Assembly (NCBI GenBank): GCA_000934665.2
Contig: JYFJ02001418.1
Coordinates: 1 to 64,000 of the forward strand
Source of the DNA: Catajapyx aquilonaris
Lineage: Eukaryota
Length of the DNA stretch: 64,000 bases
Direction: 5' to 3'
Below are positions 49,468 to 63,425 of the stretch, one piece after another (within the stretch, counting starts at the first letter, position 1; every line of letters begins with the position of its first letter). Under the pieces are notes generated by a model. That model worked only from the letters and a program-made list of their open reading frames with translations. It was not told where the DNA came from and searched no databases. The translations under genes were made by a program, and so were the position numbers.

Positions 49468-50758
49468 TTTCATGAAAATGTACGCCCGGGAAATAAATGA
49501 GCTTCCAAAACTTATGATCAATGCGCGCGACTCGCAGTTCAAAACTTCCTCCTCTTAAAACATATTAATTAAATTCTATGATAATGATATATCCCCATTT
49601 TTCTTCCTGCATGAAATTGTAGGTCGTACTTTTGACGCCATTCTTACGATTATCTTGAAAAGTAGGGCTGTAATAATTGACATTCACGCCTGACAATAAT
49701 TACATGATTCGTAATTTCATTAATGAACGCAATCATGATTTAAAAGCCATAACGAGCTGATAAGGTTCGTGCTCATTTCCTTAATTAGACAATTGCAGAT
49801 TCCAAACCGTTATCTTGCGACTATTGCTTTCGTTTGTATGACATGTCGATTAATTTATGTAGCGTTTGGGTTTTTGATTGTTTGTGAAAAAGTGGGTAGC
49901 TTCAGTGGGAAATCTTTAGACATGTTTTTTTCTCCCATACGGACGGATATGTTCTGCGATTCTGTAGCGTACACATGACATTTCGTTCATTGTTTTGATG
50001 TCAAAAAAAGTGCCATTGGCTGTGCCAATCCCGCATTTTGCTTGGGTCAGTCTGTTTAACGATGACCTAATGCGTTTTCAAGTTACCAAAAGAGCTACAT
50101 TTTGTTAGCTCTTTCAAAATGCATGAAAGGGGACAAGTCCTGTAGTCATAAATCCTCTTGTGATGTAATTATTTTAATGGTGATTTCCCCCCTCCCCCTG
50201 AAAGTGTAATTATGACCCATGCGAACGGAGCAGCCATATTGGTTGCATTTACGTAGCGTTATTTGTTGTGTACAGAGAAGCCAAAGTAGCGGTTGTGATT
50301 TGCTTGTCGACTCTTTGGTGTTTAGCTGCGAATTAATTTTCCGTGCCTTGTTTACAATAAGCATCGGACCGCAAGTTGTTGAATTATGTTGTGACGAAAT
50401 ACATATGGGCATATTGCACTCTGTTTGTTATTAATATCCTGAGTTCACGTGTCGTTAAGGAGCTGAAAAAGCAGTTTAAAAAAAACATGCAAATTAGCGA
50501 AAGTTCCATATATATTTTTTTAAACATGTCATCCTTGAATAATTTGCCATAAATGGTTACGTACACTTTGGATGGATCTTGGGGTAAAAAAATTCCGTTT
50601 TTTTTGCTCTATGCTGAGGCGAAAATTGCGGATAAAAAAATACGGCGGAGTTGTTCATACCTTATTTGGTCAAGGTTAATGATTGTCTAAAGATCGTCAG
50701 ACATGTAACTTTATTAATTAATAATTACAGAGCGACATATTTTTTTTGATGTACTGAT

Positions 50759-53021
50759 TCAGTTGCAATTGCATGCGCAGGTGCATCTTTTTGGCTCGAC
50801 GCTCGGTCGACGAGCGGAAATCGGTGGTTTCGATAATACTGTTATCCGTTCAGTATGTTTGGTACAGTTTTCGTGATATTTGCTCGGCATTCCCGGATGT
50901 GGTACGTAATTCCTCAATCGCTTTCCCTCGTTATCGAACTCGCAACCGCAACATTTGTTCAGGAAATTAGTGAGCCCCTTCGAATACGCATTCATGGACA
51001 GTTGGAAAAGCGACGTTTGTACCTCCTTGTGTTCATGGTGAGGAGCCGAGTTGGGTCGCACTTTGTGGTCTCCGCTCAGTTCTTGTTTACTTGGGTAGCT
51101 CCGGAGAGTCTTCGGATACATATGGACCGGCACTTCCTTATCTCCTGATCGTCCGGGACAGCTTTTGCAGCAAGTGCATTTGCCTCCAACCAAGTCCTTC
51201 CTTGCACGGACCTGCATCTCGGAATTTGTTGGGACCGACACTTGGATCCCTTTATTGTGATGTTCCACCTTTCGCTGCGATGAGTGACACATGCAGCACG
51301 GATGGACATGTGCGAAAGGACACGTCATGTGTCCAAAGTCCATTGGGTAACCCGCAGGTTCCCCATTGTTGTGAGAGTTTTCCATAGTCTGATACGCACT
51401 CGTTTTGTGTGCAGGTTCATCGTAGTTGACGACTTTATACACTTTCGATTCTCTCATGGCAAGTTCGGCGCTTCTAATGCTTTCTTGCAGCTGTAACATT
51501 AGAAATTAAGCGTCTCGTAATGTTACGTACGGCCTCATTAACTGCTCAAACCTCTTTCAGTCTGGCTGTGTTTGCCTCCGATATGTCTGCGTACACAACG
51601 GCCGCCTCTGCTGCGGAACTGGCCGACACTTTGTCTCGCCAGTCGGTATTCACCTTTCTCGATATCGCCTTAAACGCACGTCGCTTCAGATTGTCCTCGT
51701 ACATCTTCTTAGCAAAAGCCATCAGAACCTGCAATTTTTCAACGTACTGTAAAACTGTTTGAGAGTTTAATGCGACAATTACGGACTTTTTCCTCCCACT
51801 CTTCGTCCTGTCCGGCGCTGGCGGACCTTTCCTTCCAGATACGTTTCCATGAACGGACGACCGTACCGAGCGACTTTGTTTCCGAGTTTTCCAGCAGCTT
51901 GTTTGCTAATTGCTCTTTGTTCCGCAACGTCTTCAGTTTCCCCGCGAGCACTTTCGCCTGGTTTTTATACGAACCCAGCATCACCTGCGAATTGTCCTCA
52001 TACAGGTTCTTCATAGCGACTTTCCACTCTTCCACTTGCGCCTGTCCATTGCAAATTAGACAAATAATATGCTGCTATTGTACCGAATGTATCGACTAAT
52101 CATGTCTTTTTTATACCAAAAGCTGCGCCATCACATTAGATTTAGTTTTGTCAAACTTGTCCGTCGTTTGAATCACTTTTTCTTGCAGGATGTCCAATTG
52201 TGTGTCTGAATCCGTTTTTGGCTGCGGTTGAGTTGCGACTTCCTGGTCTTCCTGGTCTTCCTGGGTTACAACCTGTACTTTTATAGGTGCCGACGGATAC
52301 AACGGAAGACCGTAGGACGAAACGGTTGGCTTTTGGAGCATGGAAGGAGTTGGAGACAATGCGTTTGGAGGACCAGTCACCGCATCGTCCAAATCATCAA
52401 GACTGCACGAACCTGTCTGCAATAATGCACATTATTTTTAACGCATAATTTACAGCGAATATTTGCTTACCGTTGTCGTACTCCATGTTTCCGCAGGAAT
52501 TAATGGACCTTGAAACGCCGGGATTGGAACCTCGCATATTTTGACACTTCTGTCGCTTAGTTTTTTCTGTTCGTCCGATACTTTCTTCCTGAGTTTCCTT
52601 CGTCGTGGCTTCTCCTCTTTCCTAGCATCATAGTCGCTAGAGGATGAAGAACTTGGAGTCGTTGGAGGCATCTCTATTTTCTCAGAGCTCGTCAGATTCG
52701 GACTGTTGCCCTGCTTATAACCGATACGTGTGTGTTACAAATATGCCGTACCGAACGGTGCAATAAGTACAACTTGCGTTTATGATTGTTGCACTTGATG
52801 TGTTACTTTCAATGTCTGAACTACTCGTGTTGTACAATCTCGCTCTGGCTTCAAGGTAACCTGTCACAAAAAATAATAATTACAGATTAATTATTTAATT
52901 ACACTGTGTTTAATAGTGTCAGTGGATTCAAACACTGAGGCTAAAATAATATAATAATAAAATTGCATAATTTAATTTTTTGGCTGTCCTTACCTTCTGA
53001 TGCGACAGGATCTGTCGCCAT
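50759..53021 (-). CDS. Coiled-coil protein resembling centriolar POC5 (multi-exon)
   Basis: Exons can be chained from ATG 53021 through the ORFs at 52450, 52111, 51739, 51546 and 50759. The segment FAKKMYEDNLKRRAFKAISRKVNTDWRDKVSASSAAEAAVVYADISEANTARL recalls the POC5 centrin-binding region. The family call is from memory only. Confidence 0.55.
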
Positions 53022-53767
53022 CTGTCACCAAATCATGGCTAAATTGTTTTTTTTTTAAATCATATCTAATGCTAAAAATTATCACTACAATTTTGACATA
53101 AAATTAAAGACAATTATTGTAAGTTGATAACCAGCTCATGTTGTGTTGCTTAGTAAACAACATTTTATTTCAATTGTTCGACTCAAAAATATTTAAAAAA
53201 ATAAACAGCCCGAAATTTTTTTTATGTAAAATTATGTCATTTAAAGTGGTATCTAATTAAGCAGATGGATATCCAACCGATAATTATTTTGGAAGCAGTT
53301 ACATGTTGACCTATATATTTTTTCTAATCTCACTTTCTCCTGGCCACATCTTTATCCTTGAACTTGCCAAGATTTCACTACTCAAATAAAACCCACGCGC
53401 TTTTGAACAAGTCATTTTCAGCCCCAAAAAAAAAAAATACGCAAAATGTATGTCCAAAATATGCTTCACAGATAAGAAAAAAAATTATGACATATATATT
53501 AGATTCTGTCATAATATTTTGAAGCGGCTTTACCAAAGTATGATTTCACCTCTCTGTTTTTTTTCTTCTTCTTATTCTTGGTAACATTTTTTTTTTAAAG
53601 GCAAAAGAGTGAGAGAGATAAAAAAGAGTCGCAATATATATAATTTTTTTTTTTACTATAGTTGAAGTAGTTAGAAAACCTGTTGGGTGAAGTGAGAGCG
53701 ACCCGAGGAGTTAAAAAGGAAGGAAAAGTTGGCTATTACAACATTCGTTTGTGTTACATGAGAAGCC

Positions 53768-56700
53768 ATGGGCCTCCTCCTCCTCGTGATCCTCTACGTG
53801 GCCGTGCCGGGTATTATGGCACAGTACAATCTAGGTATGTATACAGACAATTACTTCTTTATATGGTTCGATAGGTTTGAACCAATAGATCATTTTGTGT
53901 AGAGGTGACATTTGTTCTTAGAAGTCGCGATAACAAGATAATTGGCTTCAAAAATTAAAAAGTAGTTCGCTCTCCCAACTGCGCATGCGCAGAACGAGAG
54001 CCAATCGGAAGTGTGGCGGTAACAAAATTTGGCGGGCTTAGGTCAAACAAACGAAGGATTTTTTAAAATATATTTAATTTATTCCCTTGATATTAAAATA
54101 TAACTATATTCTACATATACTGTCACATTGTTGGCTTTTTAAAAAAAATTGTTTTGCGATGCATTATTTAATTGTGCAGCATTTAACTATGATAATAAAT
54201 TATTGCATAAGTTGACATAATTATTTCTGGCTGTATCCACAATAAACATTTGTAGTGTGATAATTAAGAAATGCAATTAATTAAAATGTTAATTATCGCT
54301 GTGTAATGATTAAGAAATTGCATTAAACAACGCCAACCACAATATCTATAATAATGATAATAATAATAATAAATAAAGTTAATAAAATGTTAATGAAGTA
54401 TAGCAGTGTAATGATTGAGAAATGCATTTAATAATAATGTTAATAAATTTTAATTGTCGCAGTATAATGATTAAGAAAATTAAAATGAAATTTTTTGAAA
54501 GTGTGAAATCTCACTCGATATGACTCGTCAATACTTATAATAATTAATAAACTAATATTGTTGCTACTACTACACTTGGAAAAAGAATATTGTTAAGAAA
54601 TGAAATTAATAAAATGTTAATTACAGCGGTATAATAATTGAGAAATGTCATTAATAATTATTTCAATTGTTTTAATAAAATATCTTTGTATGTACTGTTG
54701 ATTGTACTCCGTAAGTTCCTTCACTTATATTTAATTTTATTTCCAACACCCAATAAGGTCATGCATCATGTAAGCCATGCAAATGACAATTAGCATAACC
54801 TAATTATGTAGATGTGAATATAGAGATGAGTCACTAACCAAACACGACCATCACGTGATGAGTTTCAAAGCCTTTTGCAAATTTTCTTTCTGCCCACTAT
54901 TATCTTGGTGTAATTATCTGATAGTGTGTAATGCAGCAAGTAACGTGACTGCTTGGTTGAAGTACTTAGCACCGGATTTCACAGTAGGAAGAAAAAAAAC
55001 TCCCATCAAGATTACAATATGCTAAGTAGGCTGGAATATAACAAAACAATTATTTCCCACGTGCCCCATCTTTGCATTTCGCAAAAAAAAACAGTAATTG
55101 TCATTTCTGTGACATTAATATTGCAAAAAAGTCGTGCGAATTTCACGTCACACTTTACAGAGAGAGAGAAAAAAATGGCAATTAAATAATTGCGCATTGC
55201 AATTATTATCACTTGCTTCGAGTCTGTAAAAGGTGCAATATTGCACTATTGAAATATTATGACATATATATTTCTCTTTCACATGTCGGCCTCCTTTCAT
55301 TACCTTTCTCTTTAAGAGTGAAGCAATAAGAATTTCTTGGAGAAAAAGCTACGTAAAAGTTAAATACCAAAGTACGTCACTTGGCTTATCAGGAAATATC
55401 CGGAATTATTAAATATCAATTCATCAGAATAAAGCAAATGAAAACACATGAGAAAAAATATGCATATGACTTTCTTCTTAATGAATTAAATGAATTATGT
55501 GTAATTATTGCGCATAATTCGCCAATTTAATATTAAGAAAACATTCACATTAACAATACTTTCAGAAAATTAATGTAATTTATGCACTCAACATATTAAA
55601 ATTAGGATAAAGAGAAATTACATAAAATTTTAGCCAATTTTTCAACAAAAAAATATAAGCACATGATTTCAATTGATTTTTTCTACACACTTTTCATCTG
55701 AATAATATTTTGCATTGTTTTAATATTTTAAAAACGTTAATGCCGTTCGATTCTCAAACATTAATAATATTTTAAAGTAAATGTAATTTAAGCACTGAAC
55801 ATGTTAAAATTAGGATAAAAAGAAATTGTGTAATATTTAGCCAATTTGTCAAAAAATAATTAGCACATGATTTCAAGTGATTTTTTTCCACAATATTTTC
55901 ATCAGAATTATATTATTTTGCACAATTAAAATTAAAATTAATTGCACTGAACATGCTAAAAATATTAGGATATAATGAGCCCATTATGTAATATTGTAGC
56001 CAATTTTCGAAACAAATTGTGCATATGTTTTCTACACATTTTTCATATGAATTGTTAGTGTTGGACACAATATTTTTGCAAACATGTGTAGCAACAAATT
56101 AATATTGTGCAACGTTGTACCTGCACATATTATTGTGTCATAGCACATGAGATTTCACATGTTTAAAAAAAAAATCTTTTTGATTTTTTTCCTTTCCATG
56201 CTGCCTGTCATCTTCCAGATGAAAGTTGGCGTAAATAATATACAGGCACACTTGGCAACTTAAACTAAATAGTTAGCTAAACTGGCCAAATATAATTATT
56301 TATATGTTGCTTAAATATACCCTTAACTTTCTCTCTTGCTGGACAGTGAGTGTGGTGCAGCATAATTTCTGTCTGTGTGTGTGTACGTGTGTGTGGAATT
56401 GTGGTGAAAGGCTTGATGATGATGATGGCAGGTATATACAACAGAGTAAGTTGTGTAAACCGGGTCCCCCCNCCCCCCCCCACACACACACAACATCTCA
56501 ATTCCGGGTTTCACTCTACACAATCCTCTGTTGCCAACCTTTCATCTCTCCTTCATTATAAGAACTGCTCGGATTGTCAATAATTATTCTCTCTTTCTTT
56601 TTTTTGCCAAAAAAAGTATTACACGACGAATTGCAGTGTCCTCCATTCTGCAAATTGCGTCAATAAAATGCAGCTTTTGCTCTCTTTTTTTTCTTCTTAA

Positions 56701-58128
56701 TTACAACTTTTGTAAAGACTAATAAATTCCTGTACAATTCACTCCAAGCAGACACACTTATTAATTGGAGCAACAATGCACAAATTCGTCATTTTGAAAA
56801 GCAAACTAACAAACTAATTAATAATTTGTCTATTTTTGCACAGTGTAAGTTTGTCTGTTAGTATACAATACAGCGTACTAACAATGTGTCTTTCACACCC
56901 CCCAAACAGAAAAGGCGTACAAGATATGCCAAGACATTCCTCGACAGGACCTTGAACCTTGCCTCATCAACTTGGTCAACTCGATGCAACCTCTGTTCGA
57001 AGAAGGTATAATAGCCAAATTTGCAACACTGCAGGTTATAAATACATAATTTGCATTTTTTATTATTATTTCGTAATCAGGGGCTCCAGAGATAGATTTG
57101 GAACCACTGGATTCATTGCCTGTAGGAGAACTAACAATCCAGGAAGGGACTGGAAACACTTTTCTAAAGGGACGATTCAGAGACTTGAAAATCAAAGGAC
57201 TCCACGAATTTAAGCTGACTCAGCTCAAGTAAGATTGCAAAAGAGATTCTGGGTTTTGAACTTATTGTTAAATATTTTTTTGCAACAATTTATTATTGCA
57301 GAATTAATTATGACGAACGTACTGTGAACGCCTCTGTGATTATCCCTGGAGCCTTCATTACAGGTCGGTACGAACTGGAAGCAATGCTTTTGTTCGTGCC
57401 TCTCAATGGAAACGGAACTTTCTGGTTCAGACTTGGTTAGTACCTTATTGCAATGTATTTAATTTACAAAAATAAATAAAAATTGGACAAACATATCAGC
57501 ATCAGCAGGCGAAAGTGATTGGAAGGGGAAAGGCCCATCCTGCTGTGTTTGTCCTAGAAATATTTTCTGGGGCATATTGTACATGTTTTTTTTTGATTAA
57601 TTTTTTAAAAAAATATACCCCCATAAGGTTAACATCTTTTAGATGGAAGTTGCTCATACAATTATTGAATATTGCATACATTTGCAGAAAATATTGTCGG
57701 AAGTGGTGGTACAGACTTAAGTATCTCTCACTATGATGGAGAACCTCACTTGGACATTGGAGATATATTTTTGGATTTTGAGCTGGGAAACGTAACTGCT
57801 CGATTGAACAACCTGTACCAAAAGAATCCGATTCTGAGTAAGTACTTGAGCACAATAAAATAATGTTTATTAAATATTTTTTGGGGGGGCGTAATGGAGC
57901 GCTGACTTTTTTTTCCATTGTTATATACTTTCAGAGGAAACGGCCAATGCTTTTGTGAACGACAATGCCAAGCTGATAGTTGAAGAGCTGAAACCAACAC
58001 TGGTTAAAAAGATCCTGGTCGAAGGAGAGGTCAGGACCAAAAGAGTCTTCAAGAAAATCAAGCTTGAGAATCTAGCCGGAGCCGAATACATGTTCATTAA
58101 CAGCAACGACACTATCAACAATGCCTGA
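53768..58128 (+). CDS. Takeout / juvenile-hormone-binding-protein (JHBP) family secreted protein
   Basis: Signal exon MGLLLLVILYVAVPGIMAQYNL (donor 53835) and a ~3-kb intron. Then KICQDIPRQDLEPCLINLVNSMQPLFEEG-APEIDLEPLDSL...LKGRFRDLKIKGLHEF, ITGRYELEAMLLFVPLNGNGTF, RLNNLYQKNPIL and ANAFVNDNAKLIVEELKP; TGA at 58126-58128. Confidence 0.85.
55565..56050. repeat. Three degenerate AT-rich tandem copies (~170-210 bp) in takeout intron 1
   Basis: GCACT(C/G)AACAT...ATTAGGATA...TAGCCAATTT recurs at ~55585, ~55792 and ~55943. Confidence 0.7.
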
Positions 58129-59879
58129 AAATAGCGATGTGAATTTAAAAAAAATGAAACTATCCCACTGTTCAGAAGAAAAAAAAAGCGAAGAAGTCAT
58201 GAAAAAAAACGCAAATTTCATGGTCGAATTTTTACCAAAGCAGCCAATTACTACCCTACTTTACTGTATGTGCACACTGTAATTGTAGGACAGTTGGTGA
58301 CAATAAAATTAAAAAAACTGAGTTTCTAGTAATAACTAGTACGTACAGAGAGTGTTTCTTTTTTTCAGAGAATCCTGACGATAGTTGATAAACTACATTT
58401 TATCTTCTGTTTTTAAATTACTTATACGTTAGTGTTTATGATTTCTTCTTATCAACAGATAAAAAATGACTTACAGTTTTTTTTCAGGGTATTTCTGACT
58501 CCTGATATTATTTCTGAGAAACCCGATTACAAAATGTCAATTGGTCGCAATTGGAAGCTCAACTAGGGCAGACCAATCACCAGATTTTTTTTTTTTCCTG
58601 TCCTTCCGCTAGTGTCATCCGTACTATTTTAAGCACAGTGTTGCAAAAAAAACCGATTCAAATAAACTTTGATGAGTTCATGGTCGACCTGATATCTAAT
58701 ATAAAATAAAATAATATTACAAAATAATAGGCTAAGGAAAAAAATGAACAAATAATTATCCGAAACAAAAAAAATCTGTACTTGCCAGCAAAATCTTGAT
58801 AGTGTTGAAGCTCAAAAAAGTGAGAGGAGTTTCCTGCAATTGTAATTACATTACATTATTGTCTATGTACGAGTAAAGTTCCCTTTTCCATGTAGTTTCT
58901 CAGAGTGTATGGGGGCCCTTGGAGGCCATGTCCTCTGATGATGATCAGTCCTTGACCCCTCCTCGAGAGCTTGTTTGTAATATTGCAGCTGTAATCATTC
59001 CCGATAGCCTCTTACTTCGACACCCTCCCCCCCAACCACTTGCTCCCCAGTCTCTGCATGCGATTAGTCTCACACCCTCCTACTCATGTGACACTCCGAC
59101 AGAACAAACATCAACTGAAGTGTCACGCTTGATTTCGACTCCGCTTTGGTGAAAATTATCTCCAAAAACTGTAAGCACTTTCACTTTTCATATTTTGGGG
59201 ATTACGCTCAGTACGTTCAGGTTTGAACGCCTAAACAATCAAATAATTGTTGAGTGTCACTGATTAGTGACGTCACTAATATAAGGCAGTGTATCATATA
59301 TCCCTATCATATATACTTATTATTATATCCTCTTTGCGAATGGAAGACTTGCACCACAGTGATATTAAAATGTGCTTGCTGCACCAAATGGCTGTCATTT
59401 TTTTTTTAAACGAAAGGTCAAAGACGTCACCTGAGTGCCTAGAATATCTGGAGGTATTGCAGCATCTATAGTTATGTCGTAGTGGAGAGTAACCAGCTTG
59501 AGTACTGCTGCAAGAAACTTTAAAAACCTATAATTGTTGCTAAAGGTGCCAGCACAACCAAAGTATCAACAATTTTTTTGCAATGAAAACTAAACAAATT
59601 GGCCATCAAAAGCTTCAAGAACTGCGTGGAAAAATAATTATACTAACTACTGTAATTTCGACCATAATGTGACTGCCCATAGTTCTCATTAAAAGTCAAA
59701 TCTTAATTTAAAGATGCCCAACATGCTCAGTGTAATTACTGCCGCAAAAAAAACTGATGCATTTTTTTTTTATTGCTGCTGCCCTACCAACCGTTCAATT
59801 GAGGTCACGGTTGGGATAGGTCACTAATCGAGACCGTGCGAATCCTCTGTAATAATACTTCCAGATAACCACTCAATGC

Positions 59880-59948
<69 letters not shown>

Positions 59949-59960
59949 GAATAATAATAA
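59880..59960. repeat. (AAT)n microsatellite
   Basis: More than 20 AAT units lie just upstream of the acceptor that precedes the first innexin ATG. Confidence 0.98.
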
Positions 59961-59987
59961 TGTACTTACAGGGATAGCTAGAGGAGG

Positions 59988-61047
59988 ATGGCCTTGCTCC
60001 AATGGTCATTTGAGGGTATAAGGCCTGTCTTATGTGGAAGCGTGTTTCGGCTTCACTCTTGCGCGACCACCTTCGTCTTCTTCCTGTGTGCGACCATCAC
60101 CTTCGTGGTGTACCTGGTGGTGGATCCGGCCATCGAGTGTATCGTCGGAGGAGACAGCCAGAGGATCACCAGAGAGTATGTGCACAGCTACTGTTGGGGT
60201 GCTGCTGTGACCGGAAGTGAGAAGTCAGAAGGAGGGACGTTTCACCACACTTATTACCAGTGGATACCATTCTTCCTAGTCACTCACGGCATACTGTTTT
60301 ACGTGCCTGGTTACATCTGGAACCTACTGGAAAACGGTAGGATCAGCAGCATCCTCTCGTGTAATACCAAGGTGCACAGTCTGACCAAGTACCTGCTGGA
60401 GTCACGTACCGGACATGCGACATACGCTGCTTCCTACGTCGCTTGCCAGTTGCTCAACTTTGCCAACGCGATCGGAAACTTCTTTTGGATCAACCTGTAC
60501 TTGGCCGGTACATTCGTCAGCTTCGGTCGTCGTCTGATGTACCACGTAGACACCCCGGTCTTCTCCGGAAGGGTCAACTGCAACGTCGAGAGGTACAATC
60601 GTGTGGGTCAACTAGAAGAGCACAGTTTGCTCTGTCACATGAGGATCAGCTCATTTTGTCAGAAGATGTACGCCTTCCTGTACTGTTGGCTTGTGGTACT
60701 GTTGGTCCTCACAGCCTTTAACTTGGTGTGGTACGCTGCTCTGTCCGCATCCAGGTCAGTACTTGACTTAATTAAACTAATTTAATTAATCTATTAAATG
60801 ACGATTTGTACTACATCCAAGGTCGCTTCGTAAATGTGTCCTGATGCATCGATCTGGTCTGTCGCACAAGGTGTTGAACTACGAGCAGCTAATGCACCAA
60901 CTGAGAGTGTCCGACTTCTTCGTACTGTACCTCCTGGGAAACAACGTGGACACCATAAGCTTCCAGGAAGTTCTGATCTCATTATCAAGCCAGTCCATAA
61001 GTAGTGCAAATGAGCACGAGATGAGTCCACTGGCTAAATCTGATTAA
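59988..61047 (+). CDS. Divergent innexin, copy A (intron 60755-60821; 330 aa)
   Basis: VFRLH, DPAIEC...SYCW, YYQWIPFFL...LFYVPGYIWNLLENGRI, YVACQLLNFAN, two EL2 Cys, and C-terminal SDFFVLYLLGNNVD. Confidence 0.9.
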
Positions 61048-62294
61048 CTTTTGTGAAGAAAAAAAATGTGCAGCTCATCAACTATGATTTGTTTGTTATT
61101 ATTAAAATAATTTGATAGAGCCCCCATTTTGTACGCAAAATAATTTTGTGCGTTGGCGTGACCATGCTCCGTATGGTAATGATGTCCATAATTAATTTTG
61201 GGCGTGAGACGAAAGATATAAGCGAGGAAGAAGACCATGAGCTGTGGCGTCATATAAAAAAAAGAAGTATTCAGCAGACTCAGTCACGTAGTTTTTGCCT
61301 TGGAAACCGCAGGCCTGGCAACATGTGTATATAGCCTCTGGGGATGTGGGGAGTGGCAGTGAATGTGTCAGTAGGACCTGACCACTCATCCGAACAAGGT
61401 AGGCCATTTGGACCAGTCCCAGATGATGAAAGCAGATAGTCTGACAAAAAGGTATAACGAATTTTATTTTATTAAACTATGCAAAAAAATTAACTTGTAC
61501 TGAAGCGTTTATGCAGTGTACCACCCTGTGCTTAATTAATAATTAAACTGTCATTCTAGGAAAGTGTGCGGTTATGGTGTGAATATAGCGGAAATGGCGC
61601 AATTTCCTGTTATGTTTATCTGAATCGTCGTCTTTGCTAACGTCTCAAGAGTCACATCCCTTTTGTTGTTGAAGGAGCTGACTTTCCAACCCAAGTAAGT
61701 GACCCGTTATTACGTTACTTGGTATGTAGGGCTGTGCACAAAGTGATCAAGATTAAGTTTTTTCAAACCGTCAACACTGCGGTCAACACCATCTGCTGTA
61801 GTGTGGTTGGGAAGAACCTTTTTTTCCCCTTCTTTTTCTAAATAACAAAAAAAAAGGTTCTTTGACCATATTTGGCCTTGAATGTCACGTAAGTTTTGTA
61901 AACGAAAGAGTCTTGACGCCAAGAGGGCTGGACCCCTGGTACACATTTTTCTGAGAGAGTGAGGGGGACCTTCACAACATTCAGAGCCTCTGAGCTGTGA
62001 AGACAGCCACATTTTTTAAACAGGTAAAGTTGAAGAAGCGTCTGTTTATATTTTTTTACCCCACATGTTGCTTTTTTTGCGAATTTAATGCGTGACTGGC
62101 CTGTAATAATAGGGTCAAGGTTGGATGAGCAGTCGTTTTCGCAATTGTTTGGTTATTTATAGTACTTTACTTTACACCAACTGTTTAGTAAACTATCAGC
62201 ACATGCTGCGTACGTAATTATTTTTTTGCTTGCACTGCAAATGTGTGCAGAATGAGTCATTTGTGCTTCTCATTTCAGATAGTGACCTGCAACA

Positions 62295-63425
62295 ATGGGT
62301 GTTCTGCAGCTTCCAACTGTGCAGCCCAGAAGGCCTGTTGTGACTGGAAACGTGTTTCAGCTCCATTCGTGTGTGACCACTGCCATATTTTTGGTATGTG
62401 CCCTTTTGACCTTCCTGGTCTACATGGTGGTTGACCCTTCAGTCGAGTGTGTTGGAGGCGAAGGAGGCGGATACACCAGAGAGTTTGCCAACAGCTATTG
62501 TTGGGAAGTAGCATCAACCAGAAGCAACAATGCGTATGCTCAGGAAGGAGTGTTTGTCCACGCCTATTACCATCTAATACCATTCTTCCTGGTCGTGCAT
62601 GGTAAGCATTGTCTTGTATACATTAATATTTAATAAAATTAATATGTGATATTTCAGGCATACTTTTCTATGTGCCACGTTACCTTTGGGGACTTTTGGA
62701 GAGAGGAAGGATCAGCAGTATCGTACCTGCTTTTCATCAGGATTCGAACCTGAAGCCTCGTGTCCATCGTTTGACCAAGTACCTGCTGGACTCTAGGTCA
62801 AACCATATGTTCTACGCAGCATCGTACGTGGTCTGCGAGTTCCTCAACTTCGTCAATGCCATAGGAAACTTCTTGCTCATCAACTTCTATCTGGCTGGAA
62901 CTTTCGTTACACTCGGTGGTAACCTATCTGGAAGTCCAACGCAACTTGTGTTCACCCACCAGGTATATGTTACATTCTAACTAATTAACTAATTATTGAT
63001 CGATTCTCTGGTGCACACAGGTGTCCTGCAACATCGATAAGATTGCCGAGAGTGGTCACATCGACAGTCACCATTTTCTGTGTCACGTCCGGATATCTTC
63101 CTTCTGCGAGATGATGTACCTCTTCCTGTACTGCTGGCTCGTGGTCCTGATGGTGGCCACTGCCTTGAACCTCCTGTGGTACGGAGCCCTTTGTGTCCTT
63201 CGTCCCTTGAGGAAGTACCATCTGATGTGCCGTACAGGACTGCCCAACACTGTGTTGAACTACGACCAGCTGTCATACGAGCTTGGAATCGACGATTTCT
63301 TTGTCCTTCTTTTGTTGGGGAAGAATCTGGACACCATCAGCTTCCAGGAGGTGTTGGCCTCCATGACTGATTACTCCAACAATGCGGCTGAACTAGAAAT
63401 GAGCCCATTGTCGAAATCGGATTGA
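62295..63425 (+). CDS. Divergent innexin, copy B (introns 62602-62657, 62963-63020; 338 aa)
   Basis: VFQLH, DPSVEC...NSYCW, YYHLIPFFL, LFYVPRYLWGLLERGRI, YVVCEFLNFVN, DDFFVLLLLGKNLD. It ends EMSPLSKSD, like copy A (EMSPLAKSD). Confidence 0.9.

Noticed and set aside
59805..60009. Poly-Ile and poly-Tyr ORFs
   Set aside because: They are translations of the (AAT)n microsatellite.
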